Assembly (NCBI RefSeq): GCF_963921235.1
Contig: NC_086098.1
Coordinates: 237,212,001-237,276,000 of the forward strand
Reading direction: 5' to 3'
Source of the DNA: Mobula hypostoma
Taxonomy: Eukaryota
DNA: 64,000 bases
A model generated the notes under the pieces. That model searched no databases. It had not been told where the DNA came from and worked only from the letters and a program-made list of their open reading frames with translations. A program made the translations under genes and the position numbers. Each line of letters begins with the position of its first letter. Position 1 is the first letter of the stretch. Shown piece after piece: positions 50,719 through 64,000 of this stretch.

Positions 50719-51122
50719 CCCATACATACTCTTCGAGTCAAATTTGACCTGTTTTGATATTTGACAGCAGTAAAAACATCTCAAATGTCATTTTTTAGCC
50801 GAAATTTGAAGACTTTTCCTAAACGGACCCTAAATGCGCAAAAACGAAAATATTTTTTAAAAATAATACTTTTGTACTGGTGCTACAAATTTTTGTACAT
50901 TGAGGCTGTTCCCGGTCAAATTTGACACGTATCTATTGAAATGGATTTTAGATCTCTGAAACATTAATTAAGGATTAATCACCCATTTATTAACTTCGTA
51001 TAGGCTATTTATATTTTCGAAATAGATCTGTGATTCAAACTTTGGTATAGACGCTTGTTATGAGAGGATTCTTGTGCCGGGCAAATCCTGTGAACGTATA
51101 GAATATGATCAGTATGTAAGGG
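50719..51122. mobile_element. piggyBac-like MITE, copy 2, inverted relative to copy 1
   Basis: Reverse-complement similarity to 43964-44463 along its length, without the internal duplication. Termini cccatacatac / gtatgtaaggg. The left flank falls in the N gap. Confidence 0.72.
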
Positions 51123-51813
51123 TTAGGCCATTGTAAATAGCTTTATCAGATGTGCTATTCCATAACCTATAGAATTCCAAATAATGATAACCAATATTTG
51201 ACAACGCAGTTCTGTATAATATCTTGAGCTCTAATTTGCAAGTCTATTTTCATCGGCCGATGGAAAAATTACCCATGCGATGAACTGATGTTACTAAATG
51301 ATGGTACATTACATCTTCAAGCGCACAACAGCAACAGTTCTTCGCGGTTGGACTCCTACGACACTGCTCCATTTGCTCAGGGCAAGGGAAGGTTCTGGGT
51401 CAGCCAGTTCTGCGCCTGACGAACGAGTAGACGCAAGGTACCAAGAAATCTGACCATTGTAAGGTAGCTTCCTTGCTGTTATTGCACTCCGTTACACCCT
51501 GAATCTGGGGCTGATAGCCCTCTTCGTCAATGAAGATTGAATTTCACATCGGTAGAAATGGTTTCAGTTACAACCATCTCGTTTCAGCCCGAATCCATGT
51601 AATTCCACAGCACGTTTCAAACCCAACTTAAACCGACTCAATTCTACCTTTTCGGCAGCACGGCCTTACTCCAGTCCTTCCGTGAGATAGAAGCTCCCTC
51701 TGTGTTTTTTAATGGGAACGTCTCATGACTTGGAGTGAAAAGTCTGAATCCCTGGCTCCGGCGAAAAATATGCGACGAACCTTTGATCAATTAAATACAA
51801 GTGGCTCGCCTCG

Positions 51814-52140
51814 CCGCCATTTTGGCTCTTAGATGGCAAAGAACAAATTCTACTTTTCAGGTCAACTTTTAATTTATTGAAGCATTTGGACAAGCAGTTC
51901 GCAATTAAGGAGGGGACTACAGATTAAATGTCCGGTCCTCATTACTACCGAGTATTATGTTATTGACGGAGCTCTGAGCCAGATTTTGTATGGAGAGATT
52001 GCATGTACCGTATCAGATTGGATGGGAAAATATGGCAAGTGCGTATGCGGCCGATTGGTCGTGCCGTGAATTTCTACGCAGAAGATTCTCCATTGGTGCC
52101 GACTTCCGTGTGCGCATGATTTCATTTATGTGGGCCCCGT
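51814..52140 (-). promoter_or_regulatory. Promoter-like CpG segment
   Basis: YY1-like CCGCCATTTT overlapping a minus-strand ATG (51820), two ATTGG/CCAAT boxes, ETS-like CTTCCG and NRF1-like GTGCGCATG within about 300 bp. Confidence 0.4.
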
Positions 52141-53229
52141 TTGTTGCTCCCGCACTGGAAGTTGCTTAGCTTGTGTTGTTAGTAGCATGACTCATAAAAC
52201 ATATTTAATCACTCTACTCCGATGCGGTTCTTTTCCCGCGCATACTAAATAAGATCTAAATCTTTCGTTTTTCACGTAAGATAATCTTCATTCTACCTTT
52301 CAACATCAGTTGGTATCGATCGCCATCTGGGCGGAGATCTCTAAGGGTAACACGATAACAGTTATCGGATAACTCCCCTTCCTGCATTATTCCTCGTCTG
52401 GGTGTGTCTGAAAGTAAACCTGGTCACACGTTAACTTCAGATCATAGGAATATGGTGTTATCGGGCAAAGGGTCTCATTCCCCCTCAGTTTCACTGATTA
52501 CACTAACAACAAAACGGAGGCCCTTTCTTCTGGTCCCTGAACCTACTGCTCTGATATCCTTCCGATTTCGGCATTATTCTTCAGCACCTCGTCTGTGTAA
52601 TCTTGTCCAGTCCTAGGCGGTACATCCATAACAATCTTCAGCCACTGGACGCCTAAAATACAGTATCTTTCGGCATTATAATCCTCCTGTATTCCTCCCC
52701 ATCTGACGCCTACAGCCTTAATGCCTTCCCTATCTACGTAAATACATTTAGCTCCTGCACTGCTCTCTGTGTACTACCGTCCATTTGCATCGCACGTCCA
52801 TTCGTACACCATTCGTTATCTGTGAAATCCATCTATCTCATAAAGCCCCCGATCTCTTTAGGACTCTCCAGCCTCGATCCTCGCTGATCTGTAACCCCCT
52901 TTTTTCCAAAGCTGTTTCGTTGCTACTGAAATCGCTTCCATTCCCTGTCCACGTCTGTTCCCTGTTCTGTTCTTTGTTATCTTCCGCAACTCCACGACTT
53001 CTCAAAATCCCTGTATTCCTCTGTTGCGGCCTAACAACAGCAATATCCATAGTCACTGCGGGTCCGGTTTGCTGAAAATAGGACCGCACCTCGTATAGGG
53101 CCCTCCCGAAGATCGCGAGGGTTCCACTACGGGCCACCTGACCTTGTACGTCTTGGTGTTACATTCTGTCTATTATCGCCTCTATATTTGGCTTTATGAT
53201 GCTAAATCTTACCTAATGGTGTAAAAACA

Positions 53230-54230
53230 ATAGGGTTTTTGTCGTGGGTGACTTCAACTTCCCTAATATATAAAGGATTCTACTTAATGCAAGAGGTTTA
53301 GAAGGGGGAAAATTGATAGGCGAACGCATGATGGTTTCTAAATCAATCTGTAGATATTGCAACAAGAAGGGAGGCATAATAGATCTGTAGTTTGATAATC
53401 AGCTTGGCGAAGTGACTGACCATTTGCTGGAGAACATTTAAGGAATAACCATAACAGTTCCATAAGGTTTAAAATAACCGTAGATAAGAAGAAGTTGCAT
53501 AAATAACATTAAATTCGAACAAATTAGGAAATATTAGGTAAAAACTTCGGAGAGTTCATTGAGTGGGAACAAAACAGCTATTTTGGCACAGATATCGAGA
53601 CAGGGAGCAAATTTGGTCGAAAAAGAAAAAAAAAAATTCCAGAAAAATAGGAAAAGTTTACAAGGCTAAAAATCAAATACACCACTTGAAGATGATAAAA
53701 AAGCCAGAAACTAACACAAAGCAATATGGAAGGCCGAAAGGGTCCATGTAAGCTCACTGGCAAGCAGGAGTAAAGAGAACCACAGGGCATTCTATACATA
53801 CATCAAGAGTAAGAGGATAACTAGGGAGCGAGCGGCTTATCCTCTTCGAGAAAAGTTGCATTTTGTATCAAGAATGAAGGGGTGGTAAACTATTAACGAG
53901 AAGACCATTAACAACGTGTACGTACAGAGCTATTTTGAAGTTGAATCCGTATCTCTCTGAAGGTGATGACATAGGTTGTTAGGATGGTCACGAAGGTACA
54001 TGGAATTCTATTCATTTTTAGTCCAGGAATTAAGGTAGAGATTTGGGAAATTATGTTGAAGCTTAATAAAACCACAGCTAGACTGAATCTGAAGTATTGC
54101 ATTCATTTCTAGTCGGCTCAATTTAGGAAGGATGTTGAGGCTGTGGGAAAAGCGCAGAAGAGGTTAGCTCGATGCTGTCTGAAATAGAGAGCATCTGCTA
54201 TAAGGAGAGTTTGGTTCTGCGAATGCAGGG
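53230..54230 (+). mobile_element. Highly degenerate CR1 fragments
   Basis: Recognisable gtgggtgacttcaacttccctaat (GDFNFP) and actgaatctgaagtattgcattcatttctagtc (LEYC..FW) remnants. Confidence 0.55.
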
Positions 54231-55095
54231 CTCTCAGCATCTTCAACAATCCCTCCTATTTCTCCAACAATCTTTCTGATCTTACCATCAGACAGGCGGG
54301 GCCGGAGCATTAAGACAAGATTTTTCAGGGTGGCAAATAGCTTCAGACCACAGGCCATAAGGCTACTAAACTCTTTGCCACTATCTACTCTCAGCACATC
54401 TGAGGCCCCAATAGCGTTATACTGTTAATTTTGAATTGTATCGCATATGCATCTTATTATTTGTTACTTTATTTGTGGTTATCGTGGTTGTATATGAGCT
54501 ATATGTACTGTGCTATGCATCTTGTTACGAAGGCACGTTGTTTCATTTGGTGATAAATATGTGCAAGGCTGAATGGCAATAAACTGAACTTGAAACCCCT
54601 TTTATATCATATGTTTACATCAATAATACGTGCTAGTGGTTATGTATATTTTATTACATATTCGCACTTTAACCTTTGAATATATTTTTTTATAATTTTT
54701 CATACCTTATAATAATTAAGTGATGCTGTTTTGTTGCATGACATGCACTGACAGACTCATTATTCATTTTGAGATAATCCGGACATAACTGTAGTCATTA
54801 CAAGTTTTGGACTATACTGGTTGAGCTACTCGGTGCTCGAAAAAACAGAACTTTCTCCCGCACCTTATGCAGGGTTTCTCCATTGCTAGCCTTTCATTCA
54901 GAAGTTACAGGCCGGCACACAGACCCAATCATTTCCTCTCTTTGCCCTCCCAGTCGCGCAGAAACTATTTATTTGACCGCTGTTCTGATAGAAAAAAAAA
55001 CGATCCTTTGCATTGCATTTCGGCTGCTCATCATTTTGTATACCTTCAGAAATATCCATTGCTGTAAAATGCTCCAAGGTAAATAATCCCGTCCT

Positions 55096-55097
<2 letters not shown>

Positions 55098-55126
<29 letters not shown>
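55098..55126. repeat. (GA)n microsatellite
   Basis: Seen directly in the sequence. Confidence 0.95.
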
Positions 55127-55130
<4 letters not shown>

Positions 55131-56025
55131 GGGTGGAAAAGGTCAGTGAAACCAGGAGCATCAGTGAGAGGCCGATATGGACCAGATACTAATAATGACG
55201 AACATCAATGAAGAAAGGCGATTACCTTGAAATTCCAATCCTGCTGTCAACTGGGCACATCATCATTCTCGTATTACCCATTCATGTCATTCTTCCAGAA
55301 ATTCCTGCAGAAAGGTGTACACTCGGCCAGCTTAATCATGGGCACTAGCCTTCCCAGCATCGAGGACGCCTTCAAACGATGATGTCTCAGAAGAATGCAT
55401 TCATCATTAAGGATTCCCATCATCCAGGACATGCCTCTTATCATTGCTAGCATCAGCGGAGTAGTATAGGATCCTGAAGACACACAATCATGCTTCCAGA
55501 ACAGCTCCTTCTCCACTGCCATCACGTTTCTGAATGCACAATGTACGTTACAGCAATATATATTTTTGGTCTCTATTTGTATTTTTTATTTTGTTTTTTA
55601 TTTAATATATTTCATATTGAACAATCCTTTTTATCAACGTGTTGCAATTTACTGCTGCCAGAAAAACAAAACATTTCTCGAAATATGCCACTGATAATAA
55701 CCGTGGTTCTGAATTAGCCTTGCATCGAAATGACACCAAACCTGGAATAAACAGTCATTATTTCCTGATTTCTGATTCCGACCTTTCACTATTTCTCAGT
55801 TCCAGTTTATATATTATTCCAGTTAACGTTAACGACTTAACCGAAGGAAGTCTATGAAAGCTTGCAGCGGGATATGAACCAGCCAGAAAAATGTCTGAGA
55901 GTTCCGGATGGAATTTAATACAGACAAGTAAGAGTTTTTTTGCACTTTGATAGGATCTATACGATGAACGGTAGGGCCCTAAGGAATGTGGCAAACAAAG
56001 AAATCTGTGAATACAGATCCATAAG

Positions 56026-57366
56026 TTTCATAAGTTGGGGCGCTGGGAGCAGACCCAAATGCAAGACACAGACACTGAAGTACTAGGAACTGAAATGGAC
56101 TAGGCTTAGGGACGGAACAGGATACAGACTAGGAACTAGGACATTGGTTAGGCAAGCGGGACCAGAACAAGGAACTGGGAACTAGGAGCCTGGGCTTGGA
56201 ATCCGAGCCGGAGACTGGACAAAAACCCAGATCCTGGGTCTTAACTCGAGCTGGGGCCCCGGAGCTAGGCGAGGACATGACTTGACTACAGGACTGGACA
56301 TGGCTTGGGTTATTCATGGCTTGGGTACTTCATGGCTTGGGTTCTTGGATGCGAGGACATGACGAGGCTTCGGTTCGGACTCCGAGAAAGAGACTGGACA
56401 AAGACCCAGAACCTGGGTCTTGGACTCCAGAACTACGCGAAGACATGACCTGGTCCTGGAAGACAGGACTAGGCGAGGCTACAGGACAGAACAAGAGACT
56501 CCTGGACAAGACGAGGGAACTCCAGCAAAGGACGAAGCACATGAACAGGACGACAACACGAATCCTTGGCTTGGTACTCAGGAACAGCCGAGCCTTGGAC
56601 TTGGGACTTCAGGAACGCAGATCACAGAGGCTTGGTCTTGGTGAGGACAGGAACACAGAGCCTTGGACTTGAGAGACAGGAACACAGGGACATGGAACAC
56701 TGAGCCACGACCACCCCCACCCTTGGGACCAGGACTTAGGACCGGGACTCGTACACGGAACACAGAGCCAGGACCCCCCCTTGGGAACAGGACTTGAGGC
56801 CAGGGTTCTGCACAGAATGCCGAAAACGACGAGAAGATTTTCAACACTAGGTAGCGGCAAACGGCCGGACCTACCTAGCGAGGGTTTGGACACAGAGATA
56901 AAACAACGATAGACAGTTCCTTATTTAGACACAGCAAGGCTCCGGTCTTGCTCCGGCGGTAGAACTTGGCAAGGTTGCAGGCAAGGATCCAGACACAGGT
57001 TGCAGGAAAGGCTCCAGACACGGGTTGCGGGGCAAGGCTCCAGACACAGGTTGCGGGGCAAGGCTGCAGACACAGGTTGCAGGAAAGGCTCCAGACACAG
57101 GTTGCAGGCAAAGAAGCGGAAGGGAAGGGAAGTGAAGGGAAAGGAACAGTCCAGCCTCAGGGTAACGGCAAAGATGGCCTGACTTATCCCACGGAGGCGA
57201 AGACGGGATACTCACGAGACAAACCAGCACCCACACTCGAACCCAGGACCACATATATTCCCAGCGCCAAGACGACCATCAGGTGCTTATGATTAAGCCC
57301 AACTGAAACAGGGGACAGCCGGAGGACTGGAACCGGAACGCGGACTTCACGGACCAGACCATGACA
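56026..57366. mobile_element. Solo LTR of the same family, 1341 bp
   Basis: Begins TTTCA (decayed TGTCA) and ends TGACA, with 5-bp TSD ATAAG (56021-56025 and 57367-57371). Shares terminal sequences (cagacccaa..aagacacagacactgaagtac; ccggaacgcggact) with 11536-12863. Internal ~24-bp tandem units at about 56965-57110. Confidence 0.85.
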
Positions 57367-58289
57367 ATAAGTCATTGAAAGAAACGCAACAGGTAGATAA
57401 GGTCGTAAAGAATATTGTATACTGGAGTTGAGATGTTATGTTGATGATGGAAAGACTTTGGAGAAGTCGAATTTAGAATATTGTGCGCAGTTCTGGTCTC
57501 CTACCTATAGAAAATCAATCAATAACTTTCAAAGAGTGCAGAGCAAATTTACAAGAGATGCCGCCAGGAACAAAGACCTGAAGAATAGGAAAATGTTGAC
57601 TAGGTTAGGACTTCATTCCAGTGCTCAAGCGGAGAAGGATACTCTGATGAAGTTCTTTGAGAAGTCGGTCATGGCAAGATTTAACTGCTGACTCAGCAAG
57701 GATCCACATCGGCTGCAATTTGTCTTTTGCCACAATAGTTCGACAGCAAATGCAATCCATCTCTCTCTCCACTTGGCCCTGTCTACCTAGGCCAGGCTGT
57801 TTATTAATGGTTAAACTCATTCATACCCTTAGTAATAACCAGCAGACCGCAAAATCATAGCCTGAACACCTCTCTCTGCAACTGGATCCTTGACGTCCTA
57901 ATCTGAAGACCACAGTCAGTGCAGATTGTATATTAAATTTAATTATCTTTGACAATCAGCACTGGCGCACCTCAATGATGTGTGCTTAGCCTACTACTCT
58001 ACTGTATCTACACCCACGATTGTGTGGCTAGTCACAGGCCAAACGTCATCTATAAATGTGCCGATGACACAATGGTTGAAAGAATTTTAGGTGGTGAGGA
58101 ATGTTACTGAATTCTCTGTGAGTGCTTCGAGCAGTCCGTCTTAACAGTTACACCTACGAGAAAGACCACCTTATTGAACTGCCAACATATCCAGATGGGG
58201 CTCTGTAGTCATCGCACACATGTTTCACAGTTCAGCAGTTCTCTCCCATGCGACAAATACAGACGTTTCAGATCCCACAGTACAAGTTA

Positions 58290-60375
58290 TGATTGAGTTC
58301 AACTTGAAATTTGATGGGGAGAAAGTAAAGTCTGACTTAACAGTATTTCAGTGGAGTAAGGGATATTACAGTGGTATGATAGAGGAGGTGGCGAAAGTAA
58401 ATTGGAAGGAGCTGCTGGCAGGAATGCCAGCAGAGCAGCAATGGTGTGCATTTCTAGGAAAAATGGGGAAGACGCAGCACATGTGTATTCCAAAACTGAA
58501 AAAAAACTCAAATACAAAATAGTACAGCCGTGGCTGACAAGAAACGTCGAAACCAATGTAAACACGAAAGAGAGGGTATACAACAAAACAAAAATTCGTG
58601 GGAAAATAGAGGATTGGGAAGATTTTAAAAACCTACAGAGAGCGACTAAAATAATAACTAGAAGGCAAAAGATGAACTATCAAAGCAAGCTAGCAAAAAT
58701 ATCAAAATGAATAGTAAAAGCTTTTTTAAGTATTTAAAAAAATAAAAGAGAGAGGAGAGTGGACATAGGACTGCTAGAAAATGAGGCAGCAGAAATAATA
58801 ACGAACAACAAGGAGCCGGCTGATGAACTAAATGAGTATTTTGCATCAGTCTTCACTGAGGAAATCACTAGCAGTATGCCAGATGTTGTAGTCTGTGAAA
58901 GAAGAGCAGTGGGTACAGTTGCTATTACAAGGGAGGAGATACTCAAAAAGCTTAAAGACCTAAATGTACATAAGTCACTCGGACCAGATGATCTGCACCC
59001 TTGGAGCATTGGCTGACTAGAAGAAGGCAGCGAGTGGGAACAAAAGGATCCTTGTCTGGTTGGCTGCCAATGACTCGTGCTGTTCTGCAGGGGTCGTTGT
59101 TTGGACCACTTCTTTTTATGCTGTATATAAATGATTTAGATAATGAAATAGATGGCTTTGTTGCCAAGTCTGCAGATAATACGAAGATTGGAGAAGAGGC
59201 AGGGAGTGTTGACGAAATAGCTATGATGCAGAAGAACTTAGACAGATCAGGAGAATGGGGGAAAATGTGGCAAATAAAATATAATATTGGAGAATGCATG
59301 GACATGCACCTTGTCAGTAGAAATAAGCGTGCGGACTATTTTCTAAGCGGGGAGAAAATTCAAAAACCTGAGATATAAAGGGACTTGGGAGTTCTTGTGC
59401 AGAACACCCTAAAAGTTATCTTGCAGGTTGAGTCGGTAGCGAGGAAGGCAAATGCAATGTTAGCATTTATTTCAAGACATCTAGAATTCAAAAGCAGGGA
59501 TGTGATGTTAAGGCTTTATAAGGCACTGGTGAGGCCTCAGCTTGAGTGTCGTGCAGAGTTTCTGGCTCCTTATCTTAGAACACATATGCTGGCATTGAAG
59601 AGGGTCTGGAGGAGTTTCACAAGGATGATTCCAGAAATGAAAGGGTTATTATACGAAGAATGTTTAATGGCTCTGTGTCTGTACTCGCTTGAATTTAGAA
59701 GAATGAGGGGGGATCTCACTGAATCCTTTCGAATGTTGAATGGCCTGGACAGAGTAGATGTGGAAAGGATGTTTCCCATGTTGTGAGAGTCTAAGGTAAG
59801 AGGTCACAGCCCCAGGACAGAGAGACAACCTTTTTATATAACCATATATCCATATAACAATTACAGCACGGAAACAGGCCATCTTGACCCTTCTAGTCCG
59901 TGCCGAACTCCTACTCTCATCTAGTCCCACCGACCTGCACTTGGTCCATAGCCCTCCATTCCCTTCCTGTCCATATATCTATCGAATTCAACTTTAAACG
60001 ACAACATCGAATTTACCGCAACCACTTCTGATGGAAGCTCGTTCTACACAGCTGCCACTCTCTGAGTAAAAAAGTTCCCCCTCATGTTATCCCTGAACAA
60101 AGATGCGGAGAAATTTCTATAGACAGAGGGTGGTGAATTTGTGGAACTTGTGGCCGCATGCATCTCTGTGCATCTCTGGAGGCCAGGTCGCTGGGTGTAT
60201 ATATGGCAGAGATTGATAAGTTCTTGATTGACATGACATCAATGGTTACGATGAGAAGGCCGGGAAATGGGGTTGAGGAAGAGAAAACCAAAGGATCAGG
60301 CATGATTGAATGGCGGAGCAGCCTCTGTGGGCCAAATGGCCTAATTCTGCTCCTATGTCTTATGGCCTTATGGTC
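58290..60375 (+). mobile_element. Degenerate CR1 ORF2, interrupted near 59830-60095 by an antisense CR1 3' end
   Basis: ORFs 58402-58710, 58759-59016, 59001-59378 and 59385-59786 with CR1 RT motifs. The inserted piece is the reverse complement of a CR1 3' UTR. Confidence 0.85.
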
Positions 60376-60726
60376 TAAGTTTCAGGAAGAGTTATTAACT
60401 TCAAGAATCATGCTCCTGAACCTAAGTGGATGACTTTCTTGATCCCACGATCGACAGATACTCTTTGAAAGATTCTACAACTCATGTCCTCAATATTATT
60501 TATGTATTTATCAATCTATAACTTTATCCTTTTATTTAATGATTGCCTATTTATTGAATGTAATTGATTTATGTATTATTTCTGTATCTGCCTATCCTTT
60601 TATCTATTTAGTTATTTGCCGTTTGTGCACACTTTTTCATTGTATCTGTTCTACTTCTCTTTCCCACCCACTGTGGCTAACGGTAAGAAAATGAATCTCA
60701 AGAGTACGATATGATGATGTATGTTA

Positions 60727-63700
60727 ACATAGAAACATAGAAAACCTGCAGCACAATACAACCCCTTCGGCCCACAACGCTGTGCTGAGCATGTCCACAC
60801 CTTAGAACTACTTAGGCTTACCCAAAGCACTCTATTTTTCTAAGCTCAATGTACCCATCCAGGATTCTCATAAAAGACTCTATCGTTTCCACTCCCACTA
60901 CTGCTGCCGGCAGCCCATTCCAAGCACTCACCACTCTCTGCGTGAAAACGTACCCCTGACATCTCCTCTGTACCTACTTCCAAGCACCTTAAATCTATGC
61001 CCTCTCGTGCTAGCTATTTCAACCCTGGGGAAAAGCCTCTGGCGATCCACATGGTCAATGCCTCTCATTATCTTGTGCATTATCTTCCCCATCTTTGTAC
61101 TTCTCCATATTTCTCTTAAATGTGGACATCGAACTCGCATCTACAACTTGAGCTGGCAATTGGTATTGCACACTCACTGCCATCTGAGTGAAAAAGATTC
61201 CCCTCATGCTCCCCTTAACCCTTACACTTTTCACCCTTAACCCATAATGTCTGTATGTAATGTCACCTAACGACAGTGGGGGAAAAGCTTGCATTCATTC
61301 ACCCTATCTAATCCCTCATAACTTTGAATACGTTTATCAAATCCCCCCTTAGTCTTCTATATCTACGGAATAAAGACACGATTCAGGTCCTTATATCCCA
61401 GCAACTTCCTGGCAATTTTTTCCTGCACTCTTTCAATCTTATTCCATCTTTCCTGTTTAGATGACCAAAACTGTACACAATGTACGAAATCAGGCTTCAC
61501 CAACATCTTATATAGTTTCATAATCACATCCTAAATTCTCTTGGTGCCAGCGTCAAATGCGCTGATTCGATTTACCACATTATCATCCAGATCGTTGATG
61601 TACATCACAAATATCAACGGACCAAGCACAACCCCTTGCGGAACACACTAGTCACAGCCCTTTAATCAGAGTGCAAATCATTTACTATTTCTTCGTGGAT
61701 TCTCCTGCGAAGGCAATTTCTAATTCAATTAACTACCTCATGTTTACTACCAAGCAACAGAACCTTCTTGTCCAACCTGTCAAGTGGAATCTTGCTCAAA
61801 GCCTTGCTAAATTTCATGTCGAAAACATTTACTGCCCTGCCTTTATCAATGTTCGTGGTAACTTCCTCGAAAAACCAATACGATTGGTTGGACATGACCT
61901 ACCACATACAAAACCATGCTGACTACCCCTAATCCATCTACAAAGGTATGTATATCGAAATACTTATATATCCGCTTCCACAGAATACCTTCCAATAACA
62001 TTCCCACTACTGATGTCAGGTTGACTGGCCCATAAATTCCTTCTTTAAACTAGGAACTTTTCTTAAACAACACAACAACAGCAGCTATCCTCTAATCCTC
62101 TGCCACCTCACTTGTTGCTAAGAATGTTTTAATATCTCTTAAGGCCGCTACAGTTTTTGCACTAGCCTCCCACAGGGTCAGACCGAACAGCTTATCAGGC
62201 CCTGGGGATTTATCCACCCTAAGTTTCTCAAGACAGCAAAACTCTCCTCCTCTTTAATCTCCCACATCTCTTTCGACTCCAGAAATGAGCCTTATAGCCT
62301 CATGATTTGCATTTTCCCAATTAAAAAATTTCCTGTCCTCTCTGATTCTATCCTTTCCCACGATAATTCTGAAGGCCTGGGAGTGTTGATCACTGTCCCC
62401 CAGATGGTCACCCACTGAGTGATCTGTGCCCTGACCCGGTTTGTTACCTAATAATAGATCTAGTATGGCATTCCCCCTAGACAGCCTGTCAACATACTGT
62501 GACAGGGATCCGTCCTGGACACACTTATCAAACTCTGCCCCGTCCAAACCCTTGGAAATAATCAGATGCCAATCAATGTTAGGGAAGTTAAAGTCACCCA
62601 TAATAACAGCCCTGTTAATTTTGCACCTTTCCAAAATCTGCCTCCCAATCTGCTCCTCGGTATCTCTGCTGCTACCTGGGGGCCTATAGAATACTCCCAA
62701 TAGAGTAACTGCTCCCTTCCTGTTCCTGACTTCTACCCATACTGACTCAAAAGAGGATCCTGCTACATTACCCACCCTTTCTGTAGCTGTAATAGTATCC
62801 CTGAGCAGTATTACCTCCCCTCCTCCCTATCTCCCCACTCTATCCGTTATAAAACACTGAAATCCAGCAATATTGAGAATCCATTCCTGCTCTAGTCCCA
62901 GTCAAGTCTCTATAATGGCCAGTACATCATAATTCCGTGTATACATCCAACCTCTCAGTTCATCACCTTTGTTCCTGATGCTTCTTGCATTGAAGTACAC
63001 GCACTTTAACTCTTCTACCCTCCTACCTTTACACCCTTTATTCTACTTCTCTTTCCTCAATCTCTATGTTAGATCTGGCTTTACTCCATGCACTTCTTCC
63101 ACTGCTCTATCGCTCCGGATCACATCCCACTTGCAAATTAGTTTAAACCCTCCCGAACCAGGCTAGCAAACCTACCTGCAAGGATATTGCTCCCCCTAGA
63201 AGTTCAGGTGCAACCCATCCAATCTGTACAGGTCCCACAGAAGAAATCCCAATGATCCAAAAATCTAAAACCCTGCCCACTGCACCAACTGCTGAGCGAA
63301 TCTCCTCCAATTCTTACGATGATTATCACGTAGCACTGGCGGCAATCCTGAAAACACCACCCTCGATGTCCTGTTTTTCAGCCTTCTGCCTTGTTCCCGA
63401 AACTCACACTTCAGGACCTCATCCCTCTTCCTGCCTATGTCATTGGTGCCGACATGTATCACGGCTTCTGGTTGCTTTCCCTCTCGCCCCAGGATGTCGT
63501 GCACCCGGTCAGAGATATCCCGGACCTTGGCACCCGGGAGGTAACAAACCATGCGGGTGTCCTTCTCACGTCCACAACTTTCCTGCCTGCTCCCCTGACT
63601 ACAGAGTCTCCAATACCGACAGCTCTCCTCTTCTCCGTCCCTCCCTTCTGCACCACAAGGTCAGATTCAGTGCCAGAGACCCTGCCACCGTGACTCACAC

Positions 63701-64000
63701 CTGGTCGGTCGTCCCCGCCAACAATATCCAGGACGGTAAACTTATTATTCAGGGGAATGGCTACAGGGGTGCTCTGCACTACATGTCTACTTACCTTTGC
63801 TTTCCCCCCTCTGACTGTCACCCAACGACCTGCTTCCGGCAGCCTAGGTGTGACTACCTCCCTGTAGCTCTCATCTATGACTGCCTCATTCTAACTTACG
63901 AGTCGAAAGTCATTCAGCTGCTGCTCCAGATTCCTTACATGGTCTTCCAGATCGCCCAACCGTATACACTTCTGGCAGATATGACTCTGCGGGAGAGGAG
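60727..64000 (-). mobile_element. Composite CR1 LINE including ORF1 (SGNH esterase-like) and patchy ORF2
   Basis: 63265-63552: CYLPGAKVRDI...VIHVGTNDIG...VVFSGLPPV, the esterase domain known from CR1 ORF1. 62254-62775: APE motifs (GVFYRPP, GDFNFP, GDSD). (TTTCTATG)n tail at about 60727. Confidence 0.88.

Noticed and set aside
51250-51420. V-domain reading (AQNWLTQ...C...IAW) of the duplicated segment
   Set aside because: The N-terminus-to-Cys distance (about 36 codons) is too long and the paralogous copy at 1.5-1.7 kb does not keep the downstream motifs. Kept only as part of the duplication finding.
1-64000. tRNA, rRNA or other structured ncRNA genes
   Set aside because: None recognised by eye. 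A covariance-model scan (tRNAscan-SE, Infernal/Rfam) would be needed to exclude small RNAs or tRNA-derived SINE heads.

Overview
Repeat-dense vertebrate genomic window, most likely from a cartilaginous fish (ray or shark). This is inferred from the abundant CR1-type LINEs with (TTTCTATG)n tails, Rex1/Babar-like LINEs and Penelope-like elements. Most long ORFs in the supplied track are retroelement ORF1/ORF2 fragments or their antisense shadows. One apparently intact host gene was assembled by eye on the + strand: six GT-AG exons at 22096-26402, 302 aa. It encodes a leader, a V-set domain with its J-like strand already joined in the germline, a C1-set domain, an uncharged transmembrane helix and a cytoplasmic tail with an ITIM (IIYASL). 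It therefore looks like a non-rearranging, antigen-receptor-like (VJ-C1) inhibitory receptor. Several decayed V(J) or V(J)-C1 relics lie around it on the minus strand: about 41.6-42.2 kb (clearest), 14.3-14.7, 21.4-21.8, 44.8-45.4 and 32.3-33.3 kb, and possibly 9.5-9.9 kb. This suggests a birth-and-death cluster of germline-joined VJ-C1 genes. Also present are two solo LTRs with 5-bp TSDs, a Tc1-like deletion derivative, two inverted piggyBac-like MITEs, a diverged duplicated promoter-like segment (about 1.6-2.3 kb and 51.4-52.0 kb) and a 136-N assembly gap. All alignments were done by eye and no database search was run.
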